Below are positions 15,489-28,438 of a DNA stretch of 64,000 nucleotides, in pieces. How positions within the stretch are numbered: the first letter of the stretch is position 1; each line of letters opens with the position of its first letter. The notes under the pieces are model-generated. The model did not search any database, was not told the DNA's origin, and worked only from the letters and a program-made list of their open reading frames with translations. This stretch comes from Microbotryum violaceum. Taxonomy: Eukaryota. Location: assembly GCA_001244265.2 (NCBI GenBank), contig CDLV01000007.1, positions 868,001 to 932,000 on the forward strand, in the 5' to 3' direction. A program made the translations under genes and the position numbers.

Positions 15489-17063
15489 CTACTGTCCCCT
15501 AATCTCTGTCGTCTCTAACTCCTCTGGATACCCAAACGCCCCTTGCTCCCTAACCTTATCAAAGACCTTCATCATCAACACCGTATCCCTCAACGGCATC
15601 CTCTCCGACTCTGTCTTCCCGTCGCGAAGACAACGAGCGACTTCATCGGCTTGCCATGCGTAGCCGAGGATGTTACCGGGGCGAGGCTCAAATTCAAAAG
15701 TTTCGATTTTGGAAGGGTTGATAGGGGAGTTGCCGGAGTTGGCGTAGGCTTGTTCGGTGGCCCAGGCTGAGTAGGTGAGGGAGGTGGGTCGGTAGGCGGG
15801 GCTGGAGAGACGGAAGAAAGGGTTAAATTAGATGGAAGCCACAATCTTCCGAGATCTATAGGGGTGACCACGTGTGACTCACCCATTGACTTGAATGAAA
15901 CCCTTAGTCCCTTGGATCAAATTGCACCTACTAGGAGCCGTCTGCGATGTCTGACTCGTCATCAACACACCCATGACCTTCCTCTGTCCACCTTGGGCTT
16001 TTTCATCCACAACGGGGAATTGAATCGCTGCGACAACAGTGCCATCGACTCCGGTGGCGGGCAACTTGATCATGTTGGATTGAACATCGAGCATTTCCAG
16101 CGGATCCTGCAGGTTCTTGGGTTGAGGACCAAGAGGAAGCATTGCGAGGGCCAATTGGGTCCAGGGATAAGGTCCGAGATCGAGGAGCGCACCTCCGCCG
16201 AGGACGGGGTTGAAGATACGATGCTCTGGGTCTATTGGGGCCATAGGGGCAAAATTGACGTTGAGTTCGGCTTGGACGGTTTGGATGGGGCCGATTACGG
16301 AGGACGAGATGAGGGATTGGAGCTTGAGGGAAACAGGTTGGAAACGGGTCCAGACCTGAGAGGCAGCGGAGGGGATGCGATGCGAAGTTTCGTCAGAGAA
16401 TGACCGGTTGGAGCTCTTAACGAGGTGATTGATGCACTCACAGCTTCCATCAGGAAGAGTTTCTTGGAGCGGGCCAAGTCGACCAGGATTTGGCTTTGGG
16501 CGGCATTGATAGTGAAGGGCTTTTCGCAACTGGGAAACATGCGCGTGGAGAAGTGAGCGGTCAGTTTCGACGATTTCCGGCGGTCGATCGGTGTGGGGCT
16601 GCACGGGGAGCCAACTTCACACTGACAGGACATTCTTGCCCGCACTGAGGGCCGCATAGGCATTCTGAAAGTGGTGCGAATGGGGTGTACCGATGTAGAT
16701 GCAGTCAATGTTCTAGCGGGCGGAGAAGGACTTAGTGCTTGTCCTCGGCTGACAATCCCCACCGGCGGCGGCCTCAGTGTTGAGACGGACCTTATCGGCG
16801 CACAGCTCGTCATAGCTGCCATACTGCTTGACCTCGTCCTTGCCCTCCTGAGCTTTCGCCTCCTCCCAGCACTGATCCAAAAAAGGCTGAACTTTCTTGA
16901 TATCCCTCGAAGCAACGGCATAGATGGAATGCTTGACATCGTTTACCTCTCGAGTCGAGGGGTCCGACAAGAGGTCGGTCACGAACATGCGACTGATCCA
17001 TCCGCACGCGAGAATGCCCCAGCGCAACGTGTACACGTCGTGCGACGACGCATCGGAAATCAT
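15489..17063 (-). CDS. Gfo/Idh/MocA NAD(P)-dependent oxidoreductase (dihydrodiol/D-xylose dehydrogenase-like), multi-exon
   Basis: LRWGILACGWIS, AVASR, YGSYDELCAD, IYIGTPHSHH, CEKPFTINA, LFLMEAVWTRFQP, LGGGALLDLGPY and GMAWQADEVARC. Confidence 0.9.
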
Positions 17064-17572
17064 CGTTTGCGGTAGAGTGGTCAGTGTGGTCTCAACGGGG
17101 AAGGGTGGGGGGATGATCAATGCAAGGATAGGGTGTGATAGGGTGCTACTGGGTGTTATAAGGAGGGTCGAGCCCAAAAGCTAGGATAAGTTTTTTCTAG
17201 GATAAATTTGTGGCCAAGCCGAAGGTCAAGCGAGATCACACGACGAGGTGCGCGCCGGTCAATTTCGACTCGATCGGAGACAGCGCCTCAGGAGTCGGAC
17301 TTTTTCGGACTTTGCTCTACGGTGTGCCCTCGTGGTTCGGCATAATGTCCGAAATCGATCCCGTCAGGAAATACTCTCTGGTCCGTTCTCGGTAGCAAGA
17401 CGAGATTGCCGGTTACTACTACTCCCACTCGGCTCGATAGAGTCCGTTGCCGACTATAAAATGCCGAGGGCCGAGCGGGTCGGTTGCGCTCGGACCACTG
17501 GGCGGTTATGACTTGGGCGCTTGCCGTCATCGCGACTGCTTGGTCACGAGTCCGCGCCCACGATCCGTCGGG

Positions 17573-18997
17573 ATGAGCTTCCACCCGCTTCCTTACGCCA
17601 AGCGTAACAAGATCACTTCTGGAAAGCCGACGCTTGACCCAGCTGCACCTCGAGAAGCCTCCTTCCACCACTTTCAGCATCAGCACCGCGAAGCCGATCG
17701 TCGCCAGACCTCGAGTTCAGCAGCTGACAAGGCCTCGCGTAGTTCACCCAGTCGGTCCAGCCAACGTACACGCAACAAGGGGAGCTCCAATTGGTCCAGG
17801 TCGAGCCAACCGATCTATGGGAACTACGTCAACTACTACACCAAGCGCGATGGTGGACAGTTGACGCTGCTCGATCCTCGATTGGCGCTGTGTGACCCGA
17901 GCTGGTTCACCGACAAGCGCGTGTTGGATGTGGGGTGCAATGCAGGAAAAGTGACGATTGAGGTAGGGCAACACTTCCAGGCAAGGAGCGTGACGGGCGT
18001 CGATATCGACCCTCAGTTGATCAAGCAGAGTGAACGAGCTCGTAAGTTTCGTCATTGCACCACAGTACGGCTCGTTGCAACATCAACAGGCCCTTACTCT
18101 CGTGTCCAATCTTTCACAGTCGACTTGGCATGGTCAAGACAAAGTCCTCTGGCTGAACTAATCGAAAAAGCATCGGAGCACCGCCTCATTCCGAACCACT
18201 CGAACCGACCGGCACCCCCGGCCAAACCCGACCCCCGCCATTTCCCTCTCTCAATGCCACGTATGCTCGGTTTCCTCCCCGTACCTCGAGACCATCTCAT
18301 CGAATGGGTAGAACAATCCGTAGAGCACCCGAGCGGTGCGGCTCGAGGTCGAGGGCAAGAGCAAGAGGACGACGGGCGCAGAGGGAAGCGGAGAAAGATG
18401 GCCCCTCCGAAAGAGGTTAGGACGTTCCCGACGAATGTCAGGTTCAGGACCGCGGATTGGCCCGTCGATGGCGCCGATGAGGACAGAAAAGGGTACGATA
18501 CGATACTTGCGTAAGTCAAGCTCTTCGTTGCGCCTTCACGAACGCCGGCTGACTCCAAGAAGCCCTATCTGATAGCTTTTCGGTCACCAAATGGATCCAC
18601 CTGCACACGCTCAATTCGGGGCTGCTCGCCTTCTTCACTCGATGCTACAACGCTCTTTTACCCGGAGGAAGACTCATCCTAGAACCGCAGCCTTTCTCCT
18701 CCTACGCCCCCAGCGCGCGTTACGTTGACGAGTTGAAAGCCAATCTGCAGCTCATGAAGGAGGAAGGGGAATTTCGAGGTTGGAGAGCCGAGGACGGGGA
18801 TACCGAAAAGGTCTTGTTGGAACAGATCGGATTCGAGAGGGTTGATAAGTTGGGTAATACGGGCAAGGATGGTTAGTTTCGGTCTGGACAAAGACGGCAC
18901 CGACGAGTTCGGTGGAACTGACATTTGACCTCGGCATAAAACAGGCTTCAGGCGACCGATCGAGGTGTATGTCAAGTCTGGAGGCAGCTGGCTGTAG
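17573..18997 (+). CDS. Bin3/MePCE-family RNA methylphosphate capping methyltransferase (Bmc1-like)
   Basis: IYGNYVNYY, LDPRL, SAM motif VLDVGCNAGKVT, VTGVDIDPQLI, FPTNVRFRTADW, FSVTKWIHLH, PGGRLILEPQ and GFRRPIEVY. Confidence 0.9.
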
Positions 18998-19354
18998 TGC
19001 TACCTTTGTGCAAATGCAACTCGTACAGTAGATGGACATTGTGTCAGAAAGACGCTACAGCGCTATGAGAACAGTGCCAGCATAAAGTCGACTTGGCCCT
19101 ACTAGTAGCCTTGTGGGGTCGGCCCGGCGGCTCGGCCTCGCAAGTGTGTGTGTGAATGGGTCCGAGCGTGCGATTGAGCTCTCGGCACTTGAGCGCCACA
19201 GTACTCTTTCTCTGCTTCAAATATATTTCACACCGCATCTACACGACCGATCAGTTGCAGGTGAGCAGCGCAGACCACCTGGATGGTTGAACAGAACTCT
19301 TGTACTGATGCATGAACCACCTTTGGCTCCGTAGACTGGCCTAGGCCGTTTCCG

Positions 19355-21703
19355 ATGGCGCCTCGCCGGCTCCCTTTCGAGCTACAGACGCTGCTGTGGC
19401 ACTTGCCATCCTATCGACTGGTACCTACAGCCGTCTCGCCAACTCCTTCATCGGTGCTCTGGTCTCGTTACAGCTCGGCCCCCGCGGTCGACGCCAGCCT
19501 CGCTCGTTTTCAATCGTCGTCGCACGTCGTTTCTCACCCTTCACCGCTCGCCGTTGACGACATCACCGCGACAGGCCCGGCCATCTTCGAAGACGTCTCG
19601 AACGAGTATCAAGGAATCCCTTTGTCGACGCTTGATTTTCCTCGTTCCGCTCCTCGCTCGAACGACGATGCGCTCCTCGCATTGCTCGAAGCAGGCGATC
19701 TCGTCGGCGCACGATCGCTGAGGAACGATCTCCTTGGATCTTCCCAACTTATTCCGCCCCGATTCGAATTCGGCAAATACGCGGAACAGATCTTGCGGGC
19801 TGATATCGCCGGTACAGAGACCACGAACGACTGGTTGGAATGGTGGTCGCTCGCGCCTTCGCTCGTCTCCGCGAGGTCGATGATGGGTCAACATCCGGGC
19901 CAGTACAAGCGCAGAGTGAGGGAGATGGCACATAGCGCGGAGAGGACCTTGGACATTTTGATGTCCGGGCGGAGAGGGCGGCAAGCGACGACAACCGATT
20001 GGGATCGCGTCTCGGCGTTTGGTCTTGTGCTCGCCGAGCAGGGTTTCGTCCGAGGGCTCGCCGACAAGGTTCTGATTCAGGCTGCGGCGTACGCACCTAT
20101 CGACCAGAGCGAAATGATGTGGTCGTCTTCAGTCGACTCACTCCGACGGGTGTACCACGACATCGGCTCCCTAGTAGACTCGCCGCAGAACGCCTCCACA
20201 TCATCGCCGAGCGCCAGAACAGACGCTTACATCGCATCGAGGGTACAGCAAGATTTCATTGCGCTCAGAGAACGACGAGCTGGAATGCTCAGAGCGCATT
20301 GCAACCTCGGACGACTCGACCTCTTCACCGGTCTACTCGACGAGCTGGCTCTCGTTGAAGATCTCGACGGTCGACCCATGTCGCTTCCGAACGAGAGTTT
20401 CATCCCTCTTTTGGCCGAAACGGCGACGTCGAATCGGTTCGATCTCTTCGAAAGGATCTTGGCGAACTTGTATCGGAAGGGTCGTCGACTTGTACCCGTG
20501 CATTCGGAACGGTTGAGAGCGAGGACACCGTACCACATTAGAGGTGCTGCTAGCGCGTCGAGTTCGGGGACGAAATCGACCATCTCGCCGCAAGAAGCGT
20601 TCACGACCTATCGCTACTCGACTCATGTCGGTGCATTGGAGGAAGGGGCGGATGAAGTTGCTCAATCCAGTCTTCGCTCCGATCTGAAAGCCGCGCTGCA
20701 GGTCAACGATGCGGATCGAGCCGCGCACGTCATCACCTCCATGATGGGGGCGCATGAACAACCCAGCATCGATGCCATGGCCGACTTTATCCGGCTTGCC
20801 CTTGATACCCGACAAGAAAGGACGCTCGCCTTTGTCGAAACGCTGGATGAGCACTTTGACGTGCGAAGTTCCAAAGGAGCTCATCGACGCTCGAGCGAGA
20901 TGTGGGTTGTGTCCAAGATGTTGGCCTTTGTTCAACGTGGGGAACATACTCGAGCTTTGGACTTGTTCCGCCGCACCTTCTCGCTCGACGGAATACCTTC
21001 GACGCTCGAACAAGTCCTAGCGACTACTATTCCGCCTTTGGATCCCGACTCTCGATCAGGTCAAACCCCTCTCACCGCCGGTGCTTTACGAATTGCCTGC
21101 GAAGCTCTGGTCGCTCTCTTAGAGAAATCGCAAAAGACTCAAATCATCTCTATGATCTACGAAACTCTGCTCCGCGAACCGGCCATCATCATCCCTCTAC
21201 GACCTAAAGGTCTCAGCTCCCCTCTCGACGCTTCGACTTTCACACCTTTCATCCTCTCGTTCAGTAAAAGGGAGGATCCACTGGTTTTACTCAAGGTGTT
21301 GAATCAGATGTGGACGCTTCTAAGATTACGTCCGACCAAGCATCAGATTGGGATGATGCTTGGTTCGTTCGCTCGGTTCGCCAGGTCGAATGAGTTGTTT
21401 TACGTCCTCGACATCGTGACGAGACGACCAACAGCAGGTTTGCAGGGAAGTGTGAGGGAACAAGTCGCGGAGATGATGCATAACATCGAGGAAGCTTTCG
21501 ACGAGGAGAAGAACAGGCTAGACATCGTGGTGTGGTCAGCGATGATTGAGGGATTGATGAGGCAGAAGGATCACCAGGCTGCGCAAGAGGTCGTGAGGAG
21601 GATGCAGCAGAGTCCAGGGTTCGGGAAGGGCTGGTTTGAGGATCAGAGGTTGAGGGAGGCGATGACTAAACTGCTCAAATCGACTAGATCGGTCGAAGAG
21701 TGA
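19355..21703 (+). CDS. 782-aa helical-repeat (PPR-like), probably mitochondrial protein
   Basis: Long intronless ORF with an N-terminal presequence-like region. PPR-like helices: LDASTFTPFILSFSK, PTKHQIGMMLGSFAR and LDIVVWSAMIEGLMRQKDHQAAQEVVRRM. Confidence 0.6.
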   Translation: MAPRRLPFELQTLLWHLPSYRLVPTAVSPTPSSVLWSRYSSAPAVDASLARFQSSSHVVSHPSPLAVDDITATGPAIFEDVSNEYQGIPLSTLDFPRSAPRSNDDALLALLEAGDLVGARSLRNDLLGSSQLIPPRFEFGKYAEQILRADIAGTETTNDWLEWWSLAPSLVSARSMMGQHPGQYKRRVREMAHSAERTLDILMSGRRGRQATTTDWDRVSAFGLVLAEQGFVRGLADKVLIQAAAYAPIDQSEMMWSSSVDSLRRVYHDIGSLVDSPQNASTSSPSARTDAYIASRVQQDFIALRERRAGMLRAHCNLGRLDLFTGLLDELALVEDLDGRPMSLPNESFIPLLAETATSNRFDLFERILANLYRKGRRLVPVHSERLRARTPYHIRGAASASSSGTKSTISPQEAFTTYRYSTHVGALEEGADEVAQSSLRSDLKAALQVNDADRAAHVITSMMGAHEQPSIDAMADFIRLALDTRQERTLAFVETLDEHFDVRSSKGAHRRSSEMWVVSKMLAFVQRGEHTRALDLFRRTFSLDGIPSTLEQVLATTIPPLDPDSRSGQTPLTAGALRIACEALVALLEKSQKTQIISMIYETLLREPAIIIPLRPKGLSSPLDASTFTPFILSFSKREDPLVLLKVLNQMWTLLRLRPTKHQIGMMLGSFARFARSNELFYVLDIVTRRPTAGLQGSVREQVAEMMHNIEEAFDEEKNRLDIVVWSAMIEGLMRQKDHQAAQEVVRRMQQSPGFGKGWFEDQRLREAMTKLLKSTRSVEE

Positions 21704-21750
21704 TCATTGGCAGCCTTGGGAGATATGTAACTCTCGTTTTTCATGTTGTG

Positions 21751-21860
21751 ACTGTTATTTCCGATCTTCGAGGAGTCACTGTTATTTCCGATCTTCGAGG
21801 AGTCACTGTTATTTCCGATCTTCGAGGAGTCACTGTTATTTCCGATCTTCGAGGAGTCAC
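21751..21860. repeat. Perfect 27-bp minisatellite, 4 copies (ACTGTTATTTCCGATCTTCGAGGAGTC)
   Basis: Units start at 21751, 21778, 21805 and 21832, with no spacers between them. Confidence 0.97.
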
Positions 21861-22195
21861 CAAAATGCGAAATCAGAGGATGAGACGCGGTTCGTCGATT
21901 GGCTGCACCTGGAGACGGTAGGACAAGCGTATGACGAGGGATCGGAGCGGGGATGGAGGGCGGGAGGGGTCGGAGAGCTGGTTGGCTTTTTGGGGTCGGT
22001 CGTCGGGGCTGATGGGGTTCAGGTGTATGCAGAGTTGGATCCTGATCTGAGCGCAAAGTGTGGGGTGGGGAAATATACGGAGAGGAAATCAATAAGACAA
22101 AGTTGAGGGCCGACTGTTGACTTACGAGTCCCAAGACGGGAATAAAATAAACAAGGCGTGCAGGGTCGTCCCGTCGATCGTCGAGTCGATGATTG

Positions 22196-22588
22196 TCAGG
22201 AGCTGGAGATGCGGAAGTAAGACTCGGGGCCCTCGCCGGGGCCCGCTGGGCTTGGGCTCATGTCCAGAACGTCCGACGCAACGCAAGGCCACTGGTCGAT
22301 GTTGAAGGATATCCTGGCCGTTATTACGAGCAGATCACCCCAGTACCTCGGGAATTGCATGCAATTGACCACGAACGCGGCCTGTTCACGTTGGAAAACC
22401 TTTTGGAGAGGAGCGACGATTGGCTCGGGCCAGCGGTGCCTGCCCAAGGTCCAGCCGACGATGCTGTATTCGCATGCCCAAGATCCCAGCGAGGGAAAAC
22501 TTTCGATGGTGCTGGTTTCATAGGTTGAGATGCCGTCGCAGTCATGACCGGAACGACTGTGCCCAGTTCCGATGCGTGGGGTAAGCAC
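22196..22588 (-). pseudogene. Possible degenerate RlpA/expansin-like (double-psi beta-barrel) fragment
   Basis: G.STY..., IVAP and NIDQWPCVASDVLDMSPS resemble the D-C-P-x-C...LDLSP signature. There is no clean ATG or signal peptide. Confidence 0.3.
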
Positions 22589-22633
22589 GGAATGCGAGAT
22601 CGGAATGCTCCATCTGGCATTACAGGTGCTGAT

Positions 22634-25600
22634 CTATAAGGTGGCCACTCTGACCCGCAGTGCTATGTACGAGAGAATGCGAAACAGGAGGGTCAAGGCG
22701 AGTGCGATTCCCAAGAATTTTCCTGATTGTCGGAACGAAATGCGATAGGATGAGAGAGGTCAGTTTGCTTGAAAGCAGGGCAGATACGAAAGTCATGCTG
22801 CTCGCGACTGACCAGTTCCCGACGGTGCGATACTGAATGTCTGGAGGAGCTCTTCTCCAGTGGCTGTAGAGGATCATCAAGCATGGAATGCATCAGTATC
22901 AAAAACCATTGCACAGCCCGTAAACTCCAAGCTTACCAACGACGCAAGCGCCCGATGCGATATCCTGAGATGTGCAATCAAAGACGAGGCCCTTGAACTC
23001 GTTGATGATCTGAACACGCGCTTGGGACTTAGTCACCGTCGCCCATCCGATGATCTGCAGCCACTTCGGTACCGTCACGGAGATGATACCGTTCAATTGA
23101 GCAGACATTGTGATTGAGGCCGACACGAGCGAAACGGCGAGTCCTCCGTTCTCGAAGAAGCTACTAAAGATGATCTGAGAAGGGGTAGACGGCAACGAGT
23201 GAGCAGTTTCAGACATAAGACGATGCCACAGCATGGCGCACTCACTCCGATCGATTCTCCGGTCGAGATTAGGGCATAGGAAGTCAACCAAAACTCGATG
23301 AAAATGCGTGGTGTTTGCTGAAGCTTGATCCCGAACACGAACACGACCGACCACAACAGCGATGACACGATCGAGACGGCCGTTTCTTGAAGCGAGTACG
23401 CAACAAGGAAAGCTGCTACACCGTGTCGTCCAGAGCTTCGCCATTCATGGAAGAACAGACCTCGCTCCGTTGGGAAAATGGACAAGCACGCCAGCATACC
23501 TGCACGGGGTAGGAACTGCTAGTCAGCGTTTCTTACAATGTACAGTGCATTGATGCGTGAAGTACTCACCGACAAATGGCAACGCTGTCGTCTCTTGAAG
23601 GGCACCCACGCGTGTTTGCGCGCTGCCTGGCCCGAGGCTGAGCCGGCCAAAGAAAAGGAAGAAGAGGAGAGCGAGGAATGGTGGATTCGCGAGACGGGCG
23701 ACGAAGATATCGCTCTGCCGTCGCAAATTCTTGAAAGAACGAGAGAGTACGACGGGTAATGCACGAATGAATGGCGCGGTGCGTTGCTTGTGCGTACCGA
23801 GAGGGGACGCTTGCGGTGATGGCGAGAAGGATTGCGCAAACTCACGGTTACTCGTCCGCCACGCCTGGATGATGCGCTCGACCTGCGCAGCAGACCGTTT
23901 CTCCTCAAGCGAATCGCGGTAAGAGACCGAGATCACGTCGAGAACAAATTCGGCGGGGTTAAAATCTGTCGGGCAAACGGCACCACAGCTCTCAAGCGCC
24001 TTGAGGATGTCGGTCCGCGGCCCGGAGTACGCTGTGAGACCTCCTTTGGCGAGCAGTAGCACATGATCAAAGATGTCCCAAACATCCGATCGAGGTTGAT
24101 GGACCGAAACAATGATTGTCCGGCCTTGATCCGCTAGATCTTTCAGCGTGAGCATGATGTTGTAAGCCGTGAAGCTATCCAGGCCCGAGGTGGGCTCGTC
24201 GGCAAAGAGAACGGGCGGGTCATCGATCAGTTGCACGGCCAGTGACAGTCGTCGTTTCTCTCCTCCGCTGATACCCTTCAGGAGAGGGCCACCGACGAGG
24301 TTGTCGGCACAAATCTTGAGGCCGAGAATGCGTAGGACCTCTTCGGCTCGAGCATCGCACTGCGACAGGCTTTGGCCAGGTAGCCGAAGACGTGCAGCGT
24401 AACGCAATGTCTCGCGCACGGTCAGGGCCGGCAAGTGGTGCGCATCTTCTTGCTCGATGAAGGCCATCAGGCTAGCGAGCGAAGAGTCGTAAGGGCGATC
24501 GTTGAAAGTGACGGAACCGTAGGTCGAAAACACGGACGTGGCGCCCGATTTGAGTCGCCCAGACAAGACTTGGAGCAGCGAACTCTTCCCCGCCTGGCAA
24601 GAATATGACAAGCAGGTCAGTACGAGCAAGGTCTGGAGCGATAGTGAGAGAGCCCTATCAATACTCACGCCCGAAGGTCCCATTATTGCGCAGACTTTAC
24701 CGGCGGGAAAGAAGGCGTCGACGTCGTTCAAGATGATCTTCTCGACCTTTTGACCTCTCGAGGCAATCGAACGACTAGTGACGGTGAGGCCCAGTCCGCG
24801 GACCCTGATATCGACCAGTTGTTTGCCCTTCGCCGCATCGGCTTGACGGTCTTTTTCCAAGACCGCACTCTGCTCTCGACTCGGTTGGCTTGCAGCATGT
24901 TTGACCCCGCCGGGATGGTAAAATGAAAGAAGCAAGATGGCGAAGAGGTGAACACCGAAGATGAATCCGAGGAGGCCCAAGGGGTAGACCAGTAGTGGGG
25001 TCGCGGTCGGGAATCGCAGACCGGTCAAGACGTTATCCCCGATACACTGGTTCTTAGCCATACCCGTAACGCCTTCGCAAGCGAAGGTCCGCCCTTTGAA
25101 CTGCAGCGTTGCGATCCAGTGGAAGCCGTAGAAGTAAGGGCCCAGCCAGCGAAGCCAGGCGATCCAGACGGGCAAATCGACGATCAGGTAGCCGGCAGTG
25201 AGGACAAAACTGATCGAGAACCCGTTGGCCAATAGACTCGCTTGGGCGAAGGAGCGATTGATCGCGCAGCACATGGCCGCGTATCCGAAACTCGAGAGCT
25301 GAACCATGATCCCGTTTGCGCAGAAGCTGAGGACGTTGATGGCGAGGTTATCACGGCGGAAGCCACACATGAAGTAAGCTGGTGCGCGTGATTCGTTTCC
25401 GCTTCAGCAACTGCGCGCAAAGCGAAGGTAGGTCGCCATGACTCACTGATGAGACAATAGACGATCGAGACGAAGGCGTTCGTGGGCAAGTAGCTCAGGA
25501 ACGAACCCAGTAGATACGGCACTGCCTGGACCAGTCCATCCTCGTTTTCACGATCAAAGACAACGAGATCTTCGACGAGGATGAAGCACCAGACGATGAT

Positions 25601-27366
25601 AGACAGGTAGAAGAAGGCGGGGATTAACTGAAATACGACCGTTTTGAACGACTGGATACCGGCCGGTGTTTCTGGAGGGTGGTAGAAGGCCAAACCAACG
25701 ACTACACCAATTCTGCTCATCGAAAAGACGACAATCAATCAGACTCATATGTTCTTCATGGTTTATTGTTAGGTCACGCACATGACAGCCTGCGCGAGGA
25801 AGCCAAGACTTTGGCCATAGTTTCGCGAGACGTTGCGCAGTCCTCGAACCGTCAAGTACCCCGTCTGGGCGATCCACCCCGGCCTTGCGTCAACCCGCTC
25901 TTGTCGCATATTGCCCTGAGAGCGGGAGTCTCTCCTCGTGATCGCGCCATCTGCGTCGCCGTTCAGACCCGCTTCCACCTTTGCAATTTTCGAATCGTGT
26001 TCGTCGGTCAGGCTCTTTGTGCGGGTGGCGAGTTCGTAGGCGGTCCAAGCCAAAACAAGCTTGTTGACTCGCTCACTGGACTCGACCTCCGCGATAACAT
26101 CCCTCGTATCGACGCTCGAAATGTCGATGATAAAGTCAAGCGGGTTGGCCAGCGCGGGCAAAGGGTGACCCAACTTGTTGAAATAGTCGAGAATCGACGC
26201 TTGAGGCCCAGAATAGACGACGGAGCCGCGAGAGAGGAGTGTGATCGTGTCGAAGAGCTTGAAACAATCTGATCGGGGTTGATGGACACTCAGGACGATG
26301 ATTCGACCTCGTTTGGCCAAGGCACTCAGGGTTTCGAGGAGAGCGAACGCGGTGAACGAGTCCAAACCTGTGGTCGGTTCGTCGAGCACGAGTACTGAAG
26401 GCAGGGTGACCAACACGCAACCGATCGACAACCGACGTTTTTCTCCACCCGATATGCCCTTGCGAAACGGTCCACCGACGATGGTTTCGGCCGCATCGCG
26501 TAACCCGAGCTCGTTGATCGTCTGCTCGACGATCGCTTCCCGTTGCTGGCGGGTAACCGACCGAGGTAGTCGAAGCGCCGCCGCGAAGGTTAAGGTTTCC
26601 CGCACAGTGAGATAAGGCAGGAGGAAGTCTTCTTGTCGAACGTATCCGATGAGCTTGCGAGTATTGACCTTGCCCTTGCTACGAGTCGCCCCAGTCGGGA
26701 TGGAACCAAAGTCTTCAGGGGCAAAGGTGACAGATCCGGAGGATATCTCGAGAGTCGTGTTCCGACAGGCTATTGTGTCGAGAAGGGTACTGTTTTTGAA
26801 TGAGAATCGAGAGCCTATGTCAGCCTTTGCGTAAAGGGAGGAGCATTCAAACGGAGCTCTGCGGACATCGCCGAAACTTCGAATTATGCGCAGAGACCGG
26901 ACTCACGTTTTCCCAGACCCCGACCCTCCAATTCTGGAAATTCGAAAGTCAGTATTCACCATCTCGTATCTCTGGTGCGAGGGCACGCAGTGCAGGTCGG
27001 ATCGAGGACTGTGTAGAGTCCGAGGCGACCCCTATTCGCAACTCACAATGCCAACACCTCACCGGCGCGGACCTCGACATTGACGTTCCTCAAGAGCTCC
27101 TTGGCGAGCAACTCCTTGCTCTTGTTGAGTCGCTTTTGCACCGATCGAGGTACGGTGATGGGGATTGCGAGAGGGATGCTCCATTCCGGCGGTGGCGCGA
27201 CGATGGACAGCGACTTGACGGAGAGCGAGTACGACTCTGGAGCGGGCAGTCCGGCTAAGCCTGTTTGGGACGGACCAGCGTTGGGGCCTTCAATGTCCAT
27301 GGCCGAAGACCCTCGCAAAGATAAGCCTGTTTGGGACGGACCAGCGTTGGGGCTTCCAATGTCCAT
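22634..27366 (-). CDS. Full-size ABCG transporter (NBD-TMD-NBD-TMD, YOL075C-like), multi-exon
   Basis: Two NBDs: GISGGEKRRLSIG...LDEPTTGLD, and IMGPSG|AGKSS...GISGGEKRRLSLA...FADEPTSGLD. Each is followed by an ABC2 membrane domain. The protein ends ...ALRVRVATL*. Confidence 0.93.
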
Positions 27367-27388
27367 GGCCGTAAACCCTCGCAAAGAT
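27256..27388. repeat. 66-bp tandem duplication covering the ABCG start codon
   Basis: TAAGCCTGTTTGGGACGGACCAGCGTTGGGGC...CCCTCGCAAAGAT occurs at 27256 and 27322 and encodes MDIxxPNAGPSQTGL twice. Confidence 0.92.
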
Positions 27389-28363
27389 GCGGGGTCCAAG
27401 TGATGGTGGGCGAGTGCGATTCCTGAGCAGGACGCGGGACCGCCGTGCACGGTCGTATGACCGAATGACGCGGTCAACGAAGTTGAAACCGAGCGCGCTT
27501 CCGGTTCTCCTTTCCTTTGCGACGCCGCTCTAATTCGTTCCCCACTGCGATCGCGACGACAGCCACGGTTTGTGGAGTCGCGGAGCGCGACGGACTGGCT
27601 CCGAGCGAACGGAATTTGTCCGAGCTCCCCGTTCGGACCTCCCTCCAGAATCGGAGGCGTTACAAGTTCAACAAGCTTGTCCGACTCTCTTATCGGTGGA
27701 ACACTTTATCCATAGGCTGCTCTCGCCTGCCCACTCTTTCGAGGGTATGTACGGTAGGCTAAAACCTCACTCCAAGCTTTTCGTGGGCGCTCAGTAACTG
27801 CTGGTGATTGTCTGCTACAAAATTAGCATCAGGTCGAGACCGGAAGTGAGCGAACTTCCCTTTTAGTACGGGCAAACAAATCCAGATCGAGGTCGGAGGC
27901 GTTCGGTAGAGAATCGCGTCGTCTTGATGTAGCGTTGTAGTATGACTAATGGGATTCTTTGCTAGATGATTGTCAAGGACATACCTACCTAGCAAAGCCT
28001 CTCGGTGAGAGAGCTCAGGTTCGGTCCGTCGAGGCACCGGCCGCGGAGAACGCCGGAACTCGCGTGCACGTGAGAGAGCCCTGCGGTCGCAAGCGCCGAA
28101 GCGCCGAGGTACTGCCGAGGTGCGCCAAGGCTCAAGGCGTAATCAGCCTGGGGAGTCACACGGCGTTCGAGCTTCGGGCCTTGAGAACCTTACCTAATCC
28201 CATAGACTGCGTGCCCGCCTTAGCCAGCCACTTAGAGGATACAGACACGTCTTATTCTTCCATGTACCCAACCTGCGACGTTCCTGACCTCCAATTATCG
28301 GACGACACGACCTCGAACGAGCGGGATTTTGATAACGATAGCCTAAGCGGCCCGGAGTGACAG

Positions 28364-28400
28364 ATGCCCGTCGCTTGCGCTCCACGCTTTCGGCACACGC

Positions 28401-28438
<38 letters not shown>

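Noticed and set aside
21751-21860. 27-bp repeats as a CRISPR array
   Set aside because: The copies are head-to-tail and identical with no spacers, so this is an ordinary minisatellite.
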